Below, piece by piece: positions 14,904-24,471 of a stretch of 43,373 nt of DNA. The stretch is from a virus (Duplodnaviria > Caudoviricetes): positions 1 to 43,373 of IMG/VR virus record IMGVR_UViG_3300031519_000053. One strand, given 5' to 3'. The position numbers and the translations under genes are program-made. The first letter of the stretch is position 1; every line of letters starts with the position of its first letter. The notes beneath the pieces were generated by a model that had not been told where the DNA came from, ran no database searches, and saw only the letters and a program-made list of their open reading frames with translations.

Positions 14904-17900
14904 TTAAACTTGTTTTTGGTAACTTAAAAAGACAGGTAGCTCTTCCAATCCTGATTCTTTAGCAAACCACACCTGATCCTCGCCTCCTGTTATTTTAACT
15001 TTGCCGTTCTGTCCAAGTGTTAAATATACCGGCACATCGCCGCCAGTGGAGATAAAGTGTTGATACTTGCTCTTCCAGTCCTTCTTCTCTCCGCTATACT
15101 CCGAGGTGGTAAATGGCAACAATTCTTCGACCGGCATCATAACGTGATAACTCATATCTGTATAGTTTGTGGGCGCATCATACGCCTTCTCTCCGTTTTG
15201 GGACCAGTCGTCTAATATGCTCTGCAGTTGCGGGCGAGGAGTTGGCATCTCCCTGCCGTGAGTGTGTCTCTGTTTTCCTAAGTTACTAGTGCCGCCGCCA
15301 TTAGCAGTGTAGCCGTATGCCGAACCCATTCCATATTCTTTTAGAATCTTCGACTCACGCACTGTTCGAATCGATCCCTGCTGGTTTGTCCGGCGCAATG
15401 GCGTCATGCTAACAATCGAGAGTCCTTTAATTTTACGTAAGCTTGGCATCAAGACTTCATCTCGATACTCAACGCGAGACTTCGATCCGACTAGCTCAAA
15501 CTTAATATCATATAATACGAATTCAGAAGTCGGAGTCATATCCCTTTTTTTTGCGGCTACTGGTCGCACAGTTGTGACGCTAGGGATCCCACGAATTTCT
15601 GTTGCTGTCTCTGACTCAGTACCTCCAACATTCTTGTCGACAGTGCAGCCAACCTGCACATTATAAAGTCTTAGATCATACGATGCGTCGTATTCTTTGA
15701 GCAACCTATCTACCCTTTCGACCTGAGATTCTATAGCCCGATCTCTGCTTTCCGGAAGAACTGGTTTCACCGATCCCATAAGCATTTCCTGTCGTTTGAC
15801 CTGATCGATCCAGCTTTTCGGCATGCCTATATTCTGATGATCATCCACCTCGATACTTACTTGATGTGGTCTCACCCGATCGCCTTTGGCTAACGTATTC
15901 AAATATGAACTATATGCTATATATTTTTCAATATTATTCATTTTCGGTATGTTAGCCAGCATCCACTTCGCCATGGCTGTCAATGACGGTGCCCATGTGC
16001 TAGCGACTGGGGCTGAGTCGCCATACCTATCAATTATCTTATTAGTTAGATCAATTAAGTTCTCACTAGAGGTGACTGTCGCGCGATTTTCGGCGATCTC
16101 TTTATCGTGTATGCTTCGGTAATGCTGGACCGTCTTGATGACTGCTGAGTTAATCAATCCAGGGTTCGCATTCAGAAGCTCAGCGATATCTCCCACTACC
16201 TCAAATTCTTTTTCTGGAGACTCCTCGTCTACCGTCATCCGGTAGTTCCACATTATAGTTATGCTGTGATATTTAGTGGCATACCTACTCGCCTTTTGGG
16301 GCACTATAACAAAACGTCCGTCTTTAGCTAAAATTGCTTTGGCAGCCTTAGCCTCGTAGTTGGGTCCAAAATCAAGTGAAAGCTGTGATTTTGGATTAAG
16401 CGATGCAACAACGGACTCTGCCAAAAAAGAATTAAATACGTTGTTCAACACCGGAGAAGAAATCACAGTTGCTCTGGCGTTTCCAAAACTATCAAAAAGA
16501 TCAGACAAAGTAAAGGTTGGGCTTGGGATGTCTTCGCTACCGCTCGCCAATCTTCGCGACGAGTACATCTGATAGTCCATTGGCAAATTTCTTAAGTTCT
16601 CATCCGGTACCGGGTTTGAGTTGTCAACGCCTGCCTCTGGTCCAATCCAGTCTAGCGTGACGCCTGCCTGTCCGGTGGTATCGACCACAGCCCAGCTTTC
16701 AAGAGTTGCGATTCTCTCTTCAAAAGATTCGGAATCTAAATCAAATTGTGTTTTTTTCGAGTATCCGCCCTCAGATAGCGCAGTACGAATATCTGATATC
16801 ACCTCTGCGGCGTCTCCTGCGTAGCTTAACATCTCATCTGCAAATTGAGAATATGAATATGCGTCGTCGTCTTCATCTTGCAGCTCCATAGTACTAGTCC
16901 GGTATTTGATTATAAGAACAATCTTATCGCCATCGGGCTCAACACTCCATTCAGTTTCGATATCTTCGTTACTAGGGGGCTCTATAGCTGCTCCCATTAT
17001 TTCCTTTTCAAAATCCCTCGCGTCACTGCCCCAGCTGGAGGTGGGAATTCCTTCATATCGATCGTCTGCTGTCTGGTCTTCAGTATTGCTGCCGACTGTG
17101 GCGCGGTACATACTGGAATCTATAACAACACCGGGCCAACCTAATTCGATGTTAAGTTCTATCTCTGCTCCATAGCTCAGATAAACCTGTCCCACGTCTC
17201 CACCCATTTCCTCACTGTCTTCCACGTTGCAATAGATACTTATCTCTGCGAGGGCTCCACCGATCGCCTCTTCGATGCCGTCATTGAAGGACCTATCAAT
17301 ATCGTTTACTGCATCGTTAACTTTTTCGATCCGTTCCTCGACGTTACCGGCAAATTTCGCATTCGTTTTTGATTTGAGATATTCATTCATATCTTGCAGT
17401 CCCTCAACATCGTTTGAATGTTCGCCTGTTTCTTCTACTCTCTCGATTCCAAACTCATCAATGAACCATACGATATGATCCCAGGTTTCTTCTGGTGGCG
17501 CGTCGTTGTTTCGACCTTTGATCTGATAAATGATCTCTCTGCTCACTGTCATTGTTATATAAGAGGACGAATCACGTCGACCCTTCTTTTTCTTACGCAA
17601 AGAATATAAAGTTCCACGGCTGTCAGTGCCACAGTGACCCATTCTTTCTGCTTCCACTGGGCAGTTCGAAGTGTTTAAGTTATACCAGTAAGAGCCGTCA
17701 GCAAATTGATGCACTATATCATCTGGTTCTTCCCTGTTCTCGAAATACATCGTTGCGATTGTCTGTAGCTCGTAGAGGTCGAATTCATTTGTCTCCGTTG
17801 TATACGCTCCTTTCGCTAGCTCATAGTTTGTGGGGTCATCATTTAGGAATGAGCCGATTTCACCAAAAGTTGACCACCAGTTATGCCAAGCTGCTTTTAA

Positions 17901-18365
17901 AAAGTTATCCAGACCTGCCTTGATTTCTTCAATTTTCTCGGGGGGAGCGCCTGCCTTGCCTAATGCCTTCACTGCTTTTCGAAAAGCTTTGCTCCATGTT
18001 CCATACTCGTTCTCCGTAACGGTCTGAGTGAGGTTCTCAAGCACAAACTTGACAATTTTTCTAAGCTTTTGCACTTCCGGAGTCTGACTGTCCGGGTCAC
18101 TGTCCAGTCCCCCAAGGTAGGGGGGCTTCCCCCTCATTATAATTTCAAGCAATCTTGTTCTATAAACATCTTTGCGCCCAGTAGAAGGTTCCGAACTCTT
18201 CCACAAATTGCCAATGAGCACTTTTGATTTCTCTGGCGATTCGGGCATGGCATCGTTGATATACTCAATGACATATTGCGGAAGTCCGATATCGTCCAGT
18301 CCTTCTGTGATCATTGTTTTGTTTTCGTTTAGAAATCTAAACCATTTGCTCGTAGCGATGTCCAT
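14904..18365 (-). CDS. 1153-aa multidomain protein (PcfJ-like segment, degenerate ParB/Srx-like C-terminus)
   Basis: EAERMGHCG...LYSLR...YQIKGRNN..P; C-terminal PVYLTLGQNGKVKITGGEDQVWFAKESGLEELPV. The ORF is secure, the domain calls are tentative. Confidence 0.7.
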   Translation of the reverse strand: MDIATSKWFRFLNENKTMITEGLDDIGLPQYVIEYINDAMPESPEKSKVLIGNLWKSSEPSTGRKDVYRTRLLEIIMRGKPPYLGGLDSDPDSQTPEVQKLRKIVKFVLENLTQTVTENEYGTWSKAFRKAVKALGKAGAPPEKIEEIKAGLDNFLKAAWHNWWSTFGEIGSFLNDDPTNYELAKGAYTTETNEFDLYELQTIATMYFENREEPDDIVHQFADGSYWYNLNTSNCPVEAERMGHCGTDSRGTLYSLRKKKKGRRDSSSYITMTVSREIIYQIKGRNNDAPPEETWDHIVWFIDEFGIERVEETGEHSNDVEGLQDMNEYLKSKTNAKFAGNVEERIEKVNDAVNDIDRSFNDGIEEAIGGALAEISIYCNVEDSEEMGGDVGQVYLSYGAEIELNIELGWPGVVIDSSMYRATVGSNTEDQTADDRYEGIPTSSWGSDARDFEKEIMGAAIEPPSNEDIETEWSVEPDGDKIVLIIKYRTSTMELQDEDDDAYSYSQFADEMLSYAGDAAEVISDIRTALSEGGYSKKTQFDLDSESFEERIATLESWAVVDTTGQAGVTLDWIGPEAGVDNSNPVPDENLRNLPMDYQMYSSRRLASGSEDIPSPTFTLSDLFDSFGNARATVISSPVLNNVFNSFLAESVVASLNPKSQLSLDFGPNYEAKAAKAILAKDGRFVIVPQKASRYATKYHSITIMWNYRMTVDEESPEKEFEVVGDIAELLNANPGLINSAVIKTVQHYRSIHDKEIAENRATVTSSENLIDLTNKIIDRYGDSAPVASTWAPSLTAMAKWMLANIPKMNNIEKYIAYSSYLNTLAKGDRVRPHQVSIEVDDHQNIGMPKSWIDQVKRQEMLMGSVKPVLPESRDRAIESQVERVDRLLKEYDASYDLRLYNVQVGCTVDKNVGGTESETATEIRGIPSVTTVRPVAAKKRDMTPTSEFVLYDIKFELVGSKSRVEYRDEVLMPSLRKIKGLSIVSMTPLRRTNQQGSIRTVRESKILKEYGMGSAYGYTANGGGTSNLGKQRHTHGREMPTPRPQLQSILDDWSQNGEKAYDAPTNYTDMSYHVMMPVEELLPFTTSEYSGEKKDWKSKYQHFISTGGDVPVYLTLGQNGKVKITGGEDQVWFAKESGLEELPVFLSYQKQV

Positions 18366-18409
18366 TAAGTATACCTCTTTAGTAACACAATAAATAGTCG
18401 TCTTTCTAA

Positions 18410-19177
18410 CTAACTACTAGCAAAAACGCTAGTCTTCAATAGTTCAGCGGTTTCTTCCCAACTCTCTACTCCGGTAGTCTGAGAGTTTGGGCGTTCGGAG
18501 AGCGCGTATGCTAACGAGTGATCGTTGCCTGGAAACTCAATACGATCTCCAACAAACACAATCCGAGTGTCCTGTGGTTTGTCTCCGAGAAATCTCTTAA
18601 GCACTTGCGCCTTGTCGTTTCCCTTGTTGTAGATATCTATGCTCACTGCTCCGCCGATAACAAAGTCGAGCGTCGGGTGTTTCTTAGATAGTTTTTTCAC
18701 TATCTCCTCTCGCTCGTTGTGTTCCGCGTCATACGCCGCATATGCCTGCCTTTCTTTCATTGTCGCATTCCGACCAACAATCGAAAAGTTTACCATCCCT
18801 AATCGCTCTTCATAGTGATTGCCCGTCTTTGTGTGATAGTCCGACTTCATTACGTAGCGCTCTAGCTCGCTAAAGAAAAGCTCTCGCTTTTCAACAGCAA
18901 ACTTATTCTCATACATCAGGTTCCATTCGCTATATCCGCTAGGACTATTCTGCATATTGAGATAAAAAGCGTTACCCATGCAAGAAAATATTCCCTGCAC
19001 TTGATCAACTACTTCTCTCGTTAGTTGGTTGATTATCCGGACAAGTGTTCCACCTGACACGATGTATACTTGGCGTCCCTTGGACCACTCCAAAAACTGT
19101 TTCTTGAATGCAGGGGTGATATCACTTTTTGCCGGCGTTAGAGTGCCGTCTACGTCAAACAAATAGATGGTTTTCAT
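18410..19177 (-). CDS. HAD-IIB phosphomannomutase (eukaryotic PMM-like family)
   Basis: LFDVDGTLT, EERLGMVNFSIVGR, GGAVSIDI, DKAQ, FVGDR...GND. Confidence 0.88.
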   Translation of the reverse strand: MKTIYLFDVDGTLTPAKSDITPAFKKQFLEWSKGRQVYIVSGGTLVRIINQLTREVVDQVQGIFSCMGNAFYLNMQNSPSGYSEWNLMYENKFAVEKRELFFSELERYVMKSDYHTKTGNHYEERLGMVNFSIVGRNATMKERQAYAAYDAEHNEREEIVKKLSKKHPTLDFVIGGAVSIDIYNKGNDKAQVLKRFLGDKPQDTRIVFVGDRIEFPGNDHSLAYALSERPNSQTTGVESWEETAELLKTSVFASS

Positions 19178-19539
19178 CGTCCGTAGTCATCCTGTAGTCG
19201 TACTACATCGTCTATCTCGGCAGTGCTGACTTCAATCAAGACAACATCTCCTTTATCAGCACAAAATCGATGGATCAGCCCTGGTCTGATTCTTTGACAC
19301 TCACCTTCTCCTAGGACCATCTTTATACCGGATTCTGTATCTGTGTATTCATAGTGCGGACCTAACTCAAGCAATAAAGATCCCTTAAGGACGTAAATGG
19401 TTTCGTCCTTTTCGATATGATACTGCTTCGAGAGGCGATGACCCTCGTTGATATACAAGATCTTACCTAAGTATTTATCGGTTATAGCCCAGCGGTCTTC
19501 ATGTCCCCAGGCTTTTTCTACTTTTCTACTCATTTTCAT
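19174..19539 (-). CDS. Cupin protein (mannose-6-phosphate isomerase type II C-terminal-like)
   Basis: VEKAWGHE, LSKQYH..KDE.IYVL.G, IHRF, IEVST; ATGA overlaps at both ends. Confidence 0.8.
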   Translation of the reverse strand: MKMSRKVEKAWGHEDRWAITDKYLGKILYINEGHRLSKQYHIEKDETIYVLKGSLLLELGPHYEYTDTESGIKMVLGEGECQRIRPGLIHRFCADKGDVVLIEVSTAEIDDVVRLQDDYGR

Positions 19540-19898
19540 CTCCAAAATAATTGAACGCCCACGATCATCATGGACAGAAATACACATGTCATTGTCTTAG
19601 CAGTAAACATACTCTCGTTCATAAAATACCAAGTAAGTATCGGAAACGTGATGTACGACATACTAAAAACTAAAAATCTAGCTCCCCAGATCTGCCCTAT
19701 CTCAGCGTACGCTATCCGAACGCCATAAAAAAAACACAAGCCGGTCGGGAGCCCGTACAGAAGCACAGCTAACAGAGGGCGGTCCTTCCACCACTCCCAA
19801 ACAAACTGAGAATTTAGCTGGAACCAAGCCATTGTTTGACCCACTGCGAACAGAGTGAGGGCTAATGCCATTCTAGAAGTTAGTAATGAGGAGTTCAA
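19536..19898 (-). CDS. Small four-helix membrane protein (DMT/SMR-like)
   Basis: Four hydrophobic segments in about 115 aa. Confidence 0.65.
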   Translation of the reverse strand: MNSSLLTSRMALALTLFAVGQTMAWFQLNSQFVWEWWKDRPLLAVLLYGLPTGLCFFYGVRIAYAEIGQIWGARFLVFSMSYITFPILTWYFMNESMFTAKTMTCVFLSMMIVGVQLFWR

Positions 19899-20637
19899 CG
19901 CATTGTCCTTTATCTTTTGTTTGCTTGCCGTATTTGTTTATCATAGACACTTCATAGTCCCGGTACATTGAGAGCAGTTGTGAGTGAAAATTATAAACGA
20001 TTGCTATCTTTTTGTCAAGGGAATCAAGCTTTCTTTTTAGCTTTTTGTGATCAAAGATTACTGTCTCGTCCCCGCGAGAGATCCCCTCTTCGAACAAATT
20101 GTATTTAAAGTCTCCAGCGCGGACAAGAACATAGTCAGACAATTCACTAGGGATAATAGATTGCACGAAATCATCCACCTCGTCATATACTAAGCAAAAG
20201 TTGTCTCGCTTCTTAAAAGTTGCAAGACTGGCTAGCGCAAAATTATTATAATTCTGAGGAGTCAGCTTGCCAGAGGATACCTCGCCCGTTTCAGAGCAGC
20301 GGTTCAACAGAAAGAATAGAGCGCTCCTGACATATGGATCTTTGTAGTGCGCCCAACTCTCTTGCAGGATCTCAAACTGGGGTTCTGCAAATTTGAAATC
20401 CTCACAGGTAACGATATCATGTACCTTTCTGGAGTCTTCTAAGAGCGTTAGCCAGAATTCATATATGACATATTTATTCGTGTGCGCGCATACGAACATA
20501 TCATAATCAGACAGTGATAGTTCGAGATCTCCAGAAAATAGCAGGTAAGAGTCAATTACTGAGCCTGCTGGTATCTTCTTTCTAATCTCTGATAGAGCCC
20601 TGGTTGTCGTGTGGGTGTACTTCAGTGGCGTGTTCAT
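19873..20637 (-). CDS. Degenerate Dam-like protein (catalytic motifs missing)
   Basis: D12-like layout (RSALFFLLNR, FDHKKL, IVYN...MY.DY, ELLITNF), but SYLLFSG replaces EPFxGGG and LVRAG replaces DPPY. Confidence 0.65.
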   Translation of the reverse strand: MNTPLKYTHTTTRALSEIRKKIPAGSVIDSYLLFSGDLELSLSDYDMFVCAHTNKYVIYEFWLTLLEDSRKVHDIVTCEDFKFAEPQFEILQESWAHYKDPYVRSALFFLLNRCSETGEVSSGKLTPQNYNNFALASLATFKKRDNFCLVYDEVDDFVQSIIPSELSDYVLVRAGDFKYNLFEEGISRGDETVIFDHKKLKRKLDSLDKKIAIVYNFHSQLLSMYRDYEVSMINKYGKQTKDKGQCVELLITNF

Positions 20638-21001
20638 TGGGTACCTCCTCCTTAAACTTTCGGATTCTCTCTAGTAATACCTGATCTGGGCTCTCTATCT
20701 CTTCTTCATAAATCTCCTGAGAAGGTGTAGCTGCCTCAGTTTCCGGGGGTGTCGATTTAAACTGGATATAACCCTGCACGATATTCTGAACATCACTTAA
20801 CGCAGCGTCTGCACTAGATATCTTTTGACGTAGATCTTCGATCATATCAACACCAGCTAGATCCATTGGCACATAGCGGGCAGGTTCGTTGCTCGGAAAT
20901 AGCTCTTGAAGATCTCTAATGGATCGATTAAAGAGCCGGTTAACCTCGTCCCCAAGATCATCAAGCTCAACGGAATATTGAATGTTTACTCTCTGTCCCA
21001 T
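20582..21001 (-). CDS. Hypothetical protein
   Basis: MGQRVNIQYSVELDDL; tight packing. Confidence 0.75.
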   Translation of the reverse strand: MGQRVNIQYSVELDDLGDEVNRLFNRSIRDLQELFPSNEPARYVPMDLAGVDMIEDLRQKISSADAALSDVQNIVQGYIQFKSTPPETEAATPSQEIYEEEIESPDQVLLERIRKFKEEVPNEHATEVHPHDNQGSIRD

Positions 21002-21002
21002 T

Positions 21003-21296
21003 TCATCCTCTCAGCAATTGGGTTCTTTGATTCAAAGACTGTTCAACTATAGCTGGTGCGCCAACAACGATTATCTCCGTCCCAGACTGACCACGATTAA
21101 TCGTCAGCTTTGTAAATCGATGAGCGTTCATTAACGAATCCGGTAACCGATTCTCCTCGTTAAGCGTCTGCATGCGCGTATCTTCCCTTATCATCACAAC
21201 GTGTTCTGGATTTATAAAGACTTCTCTTAGGGTGTATTCGTTATTGGCGTAAGTTAGTGCTTTATTGTGATGCACCTCTGTTAGCTTTATTAGCAT
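21003..21296 (-). CDS. Hypothetical protein
   Basis: MLIKLTEV...EVFINPEHVVMIRE. Confidence 0.75.
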   Translation of the reverse strand: MLIKLTEVHHNKALTYANNEYTLREVFINPEHVVMIREDTRMQTLNEENRLPDSLMNAHRFTKLTINRGQSGTEIIVVGAPAIVEQSLNQRTQLLRG

Positions 21297-21517
21297 TTTT
21301 GTTCTCCCTCTGTTTGGTGTTGGTAAATATCGTAGACATCTCTCTCAATGACGAAATACCTTGCACCGTCTACGTAGATGGATAAGGTTGTTGGTCCAGC
21401 GCGCTCGATCACAACCCCGGTTGTTGGCTTTTCTGTTTTTATGAATGGCGCACCGGATCGCGTTGAAGCGTGTAACATGGCTCCCTGCGGAATATGGACC
21501 AAATCTCCATTTTGCAT
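21290..21517 (-). CDS. Hypothetical protein, GDLV family
   Basis: MQNGDLVHIPQG...GVVIE; TAATG coupling to the groEL stop. Confidence 0.7.
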   Translation of the reverse strand: MQNGDLVHIPQGAMLHASTRSGAPFIKTEKPTTGVVIERAGPTTLSIYVDGARYFVIERDVYDIYQHQTEGEQKC

Positions 21518-23094
21518 TAGTCTGTCTCCGTTTGTATGATTGCATAGTTTGTGGTGATAAGTGTTCCAGCGCAACTAGCAGCATTCTGCAAGGCAGTTCG
21601 AGTTACCTTGACGGGATCGATGATTCCGCTATCCAGAAGGTTTTCTATCCCTCCGGTCCTAAAGTTCCACCCATGATTAGGAGCAGAACCTAAAACCTTC
21701 TCTACCACAATATCCGCTGATTCGTTGGCGTTGTATGCCATCTGCCGCAAAGGCTCTTGGCACGCCGCTCGCACAATCTCTACACCATATTCCTGATCCG
21801 GGTTATCTGTAGTGATAGTAATATCTTGCGAAGCAACCACTAGTGCTGCACCGCCACCGCATACAACTCCCTCTTCTAAAGCAGACCTAACCGCCTCAAG
21901 CGCGTCTTCTACTCTGTGTTTCTTCTCTGTCATCTCGACTTCAGTAGATCCGCCAACACGAATGATGCCAACCCCAGAAGACAATCGAGTAATCCGCCCC
22001 TGGATCCTCTCACATTCGCTTAACGAATCTGTTTGTGTGATCTGCTCCTTGAATGACTCGATTCGACTTTCTATTGCCAAGGCATTGCTATTGCCCCCTA
22101 CGATCGTTGTAGAATACTTCGTACTCTCGATTGATAAAGCGGATCCTAGATCCGCCAGAGTGATGTCTGTCATCTTATCACCAGACTCTCGGGTAATGAA
22201 CTTTGCTCCGATTGAAAGCGCTAGATCCTTAAGCAAATCTCTTCGCTCTTCACCATAGAATGGCGCTTTGATTGCTGCAACTTTTAGTGTCCCACGCATT
22301 GCATTCATAATCATAGCAGCGAGGGCTTGCCCCTCAACTTCTTCCGCTACAATAATTAGAGGACGGCTCTCGCGCGCAATCATTTCTAGGATTCCCATAA
22401 TCGATTCGACTGCGGAGATCTTATGATCTGTAACTAAGACCAAGGGGCTCTCGTGATACATTACACTTCGGCGTTCATCGGTAATAAAAGCACCAGCACA
22501 GTACCCAGAGGTTAGCTTAAATCCTTCAGTGATATCAATCGATGTTTCGAGAGAGCGTGACTCTTCAATTGAAATTGAGCCATCCTGCCCCACCTTATCA
22601 ACAACAGTTGCTATCAGCTTTCCAATGGAGCGATCATTGTTAGCAGAGATTGTTGCAATATGCTCGATGTCCGCAATACTCTCAATTGGTTTGGCTGCCT
22701 CTCTTAAGTTTTCGATCACCTTCTTTGTAGCCAAGTTAATACCACGCTGCAATTCAATTGGTGAGATGCCGGACGCGATAAACCTTTGTGATTCTTTTAG
22801 GATAGCTCTAGCTAACACTGTCGAAGTGGTTGTACCATCACCGGCTTGGCTGTTCGTCTCAATAGCGGCTTGGCGAATAATTTGGGCTCCGGCGTTTTCA
22901 AAAGAGTCCTCAAGGTGAACAAAGGCGGCGACAGTTACACCGTCCTTCGTGATAAAGGGTGCCTTTCCTTTTTCTTGCAGTAGAACGTTTCTACCTCGCG
23001 GACCAAGGGTAGAAGCAACGTTATCTGCTAGGATGTTCGCTCCTTTCATAATCTTCTGTTGTAGTGTCTGGCTGTCATCATACTGTCGACTCAT
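21517..23094 (-). CDS. groEL: Chaperonin GroEL
   Basis: TLGPRGRNV, ITKDGVTVA, AGDGTTTSTVLA, ATISAN, GGG.AL, GIIDPVKVTR.ALQNA. Confidence 0.97.
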   Translation of the reverse strand: MSRQYDDSQTLQQKIMKGANILADNVASTLGPRGRNVLLQEKGKAPFITKDGVTVAAFVHLEDSFENAGAQIIRQAAIETNSQAGDGTTTSTVLARAILKESQRFIASGISPIELQRGINLATKKVIENLREAAKPIESIADIEHIATISANNDRSIGKLIATVVDKVGQDGSISIEESRSLETSIDITEGFKLTSGYCAGAFITDERRSVMYHESPLVLVTDHKISAVESIMGILEMIARESRPLIIVAEEVEGQALAAMIMNAMRGTLKVAAIKAPFYGEERRDLLKDLALSIGAKFITRESGDKMTDITLADLGSALSIESTKYSTTIVGGNSNALAIESRIESFKEQITQTDSLSECERIQGRITRLSSGVGIIRVGGSTEVEMTEKKHRVEDALEAVRSALEEGVVCGGGAALVVASQDITITTDNPDQEYGVEIVRAACQEPLRQMAYNANESADIVVEKVLGSAPNHGWNFRTGGIENLLDSGIIDPVKVTRTALQNAASCAGTLITTNYAIIQTETD

Positions 23095-23116
23095 TCGAAC
23101 CTCTAAGTTGTATTCT

Positions 23117-23145
23117 ATTATAAGATCAAATCATATTAATGTCAA
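23117..23145 (-). promoter_or_regulatory. Consensus sigma70 promoter for groEL
   Basis: TTGACA-17-TATAAT. Confidence 0.8.
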
Positions 23146-24461
23146 GGGTTATTTTCACTATCTGGCTCACTTAACTGCGCCTGGAGTGTTTTTTGAATCA
23201 TGACTGAATCCTGAATAGCTTTATTACCAGAATCAATAGCAGAACTGCGCTTTTCTACTAAGAAGTATTTATTTATATTCTGTGATAGGTCTTGTGTGGC
23301 TCCAAACAGTTTCAAAATTTCTTCGTCTAACTTATCCATGTGGGCGCGCGCGACATTAAGAATTGCTTCTTCGCTATACGGCAGTGAACCAAGATTCTCA
23401 TAATAAACAAAATCGTAGCTAGATAGTTGTTCCGGGCTGATATTCCACTGAGAGCCGCCAATTTTCTCAAGAAGTAGATTCATTCCTTTTTGACCAACTC
23501 CTTCATTGAGAGGAGGATCCTCCTGATCGTAGTAGCTTGTGCTCTCTTCAGAGTCAGGATCCTCTTGCTTGGTTTGACTTATTTGACTTTCGAGTTCTCT
23601 CTTTTTCCTGATTCTATCGGAGTATCCGGCTGAATATTGTAGTGCGTTGTATTTGTGTTCCCATTTATCAATCGATTTAAGGATTGCAATAGACTCTTTT
23701 GGGTTCTTATTTGGCAACTGAAAAAGTTGCGCAGCATTTTTAATACCGCCGCGAGCGGAAGTCGATAAGGCATCGATGAAATTGTTCTGATCAAATCTAA
23801 ACTTTTCAATTACAATGCCGCCGGCTTCTTTATCCTTTCTAGCGACGATATACACCATCTCTCCAAATTCATCTAACCCATCAATCAAGTTGGTGTAGCT
23901 CCCTTCGATGTTGGTGGTCTTGTTGAGCAACTTAAGGCTAATCGGAACTGGGCTATCAGAGTCCGAAAAAGCAATAAGATCTTGGATCGGCAGGTTTCCC
24001 TTTGCAGACACTTTCGATTCCTGAGTTCCTTGCAGGAGCGCTGACAGGAATCCTTCAAATACAAACCCTGCACTAGCTGCATTAAAACTTTCGATGACCG
24101 CCTTAAGTGATTCCAGAATAATAAGAGACGCTATGATGCGGCGAGGCGATGAGATCCTGCTGTTGGGGTCCACAATACGCTGCAAGAATTGCAGCTTGCC
24201 CGCGACAGTTCTACCGCCGCCCATCACATCAAACAGTTTCGTAACCTGCTGTCGATCCATGCTATTAGGGTCGCCCCATGACTCAGTGGGAACAAACTTA
24301 GGCAACGACAACACAAACTCTCTTGCTCTCTCGGGTGCTACCTCAGTCATGACTGGGGCTTTCGATGCCTTTACGACTGTCTCGTAAACTAGATCCAATA
24401 TTTGATCAGTCTCCTCTCTTTCTCTCACTTCGAGAAACATATCTTTAATGTAACTATCCAT
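23142..24461 (-). CDS. Hypothetical protein, possible PD-(D/E)xK-like nuclease fold
   Basis: AGFVFEGFL...PIQD...PISLKLL. The ORF is secure, the function tentative. Confidence 0.6.
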   Translation of the reverse strand: MDSYIKDMFLEVREREETDQILDLVYETVVKASKAPVMTEVAPERAREFVLSLPKFVPTESWGDPNSMDRQQVTKLFDVMGGGRTVAGKLQFLQRIVDPNSRISSPRRIIASLIILESLKAVIESFNAASAGFVFEGFLSALLQGTQESKVSAKGNLPIQDLIAFSDSDSPVPISLKLLNKTTNIEGSYTNLIDGLDEFGEMVYIVARKDKEAGGIVIEKFRFDQNNFIDALSTSARGGIKNAAQLFQLPNKNPKESIAILKSIDKWEHKYNALQYSAGYSDRIRKKRELESQISQTKQEDPDSEESTSYYDQEDPPLNEGVGQKGMNLLLEKIGGSQWNISPEQLSSYDFVYYENLGSLPYSEEAILNVARAHMDKLDEEILKLFGATQDLSQNINKYFLVEKRSSAIDSGNKAIQDSVMIQKTLQAQLSEPDSENNP

Positions 24462-24471
24462 TTAATTTCCT

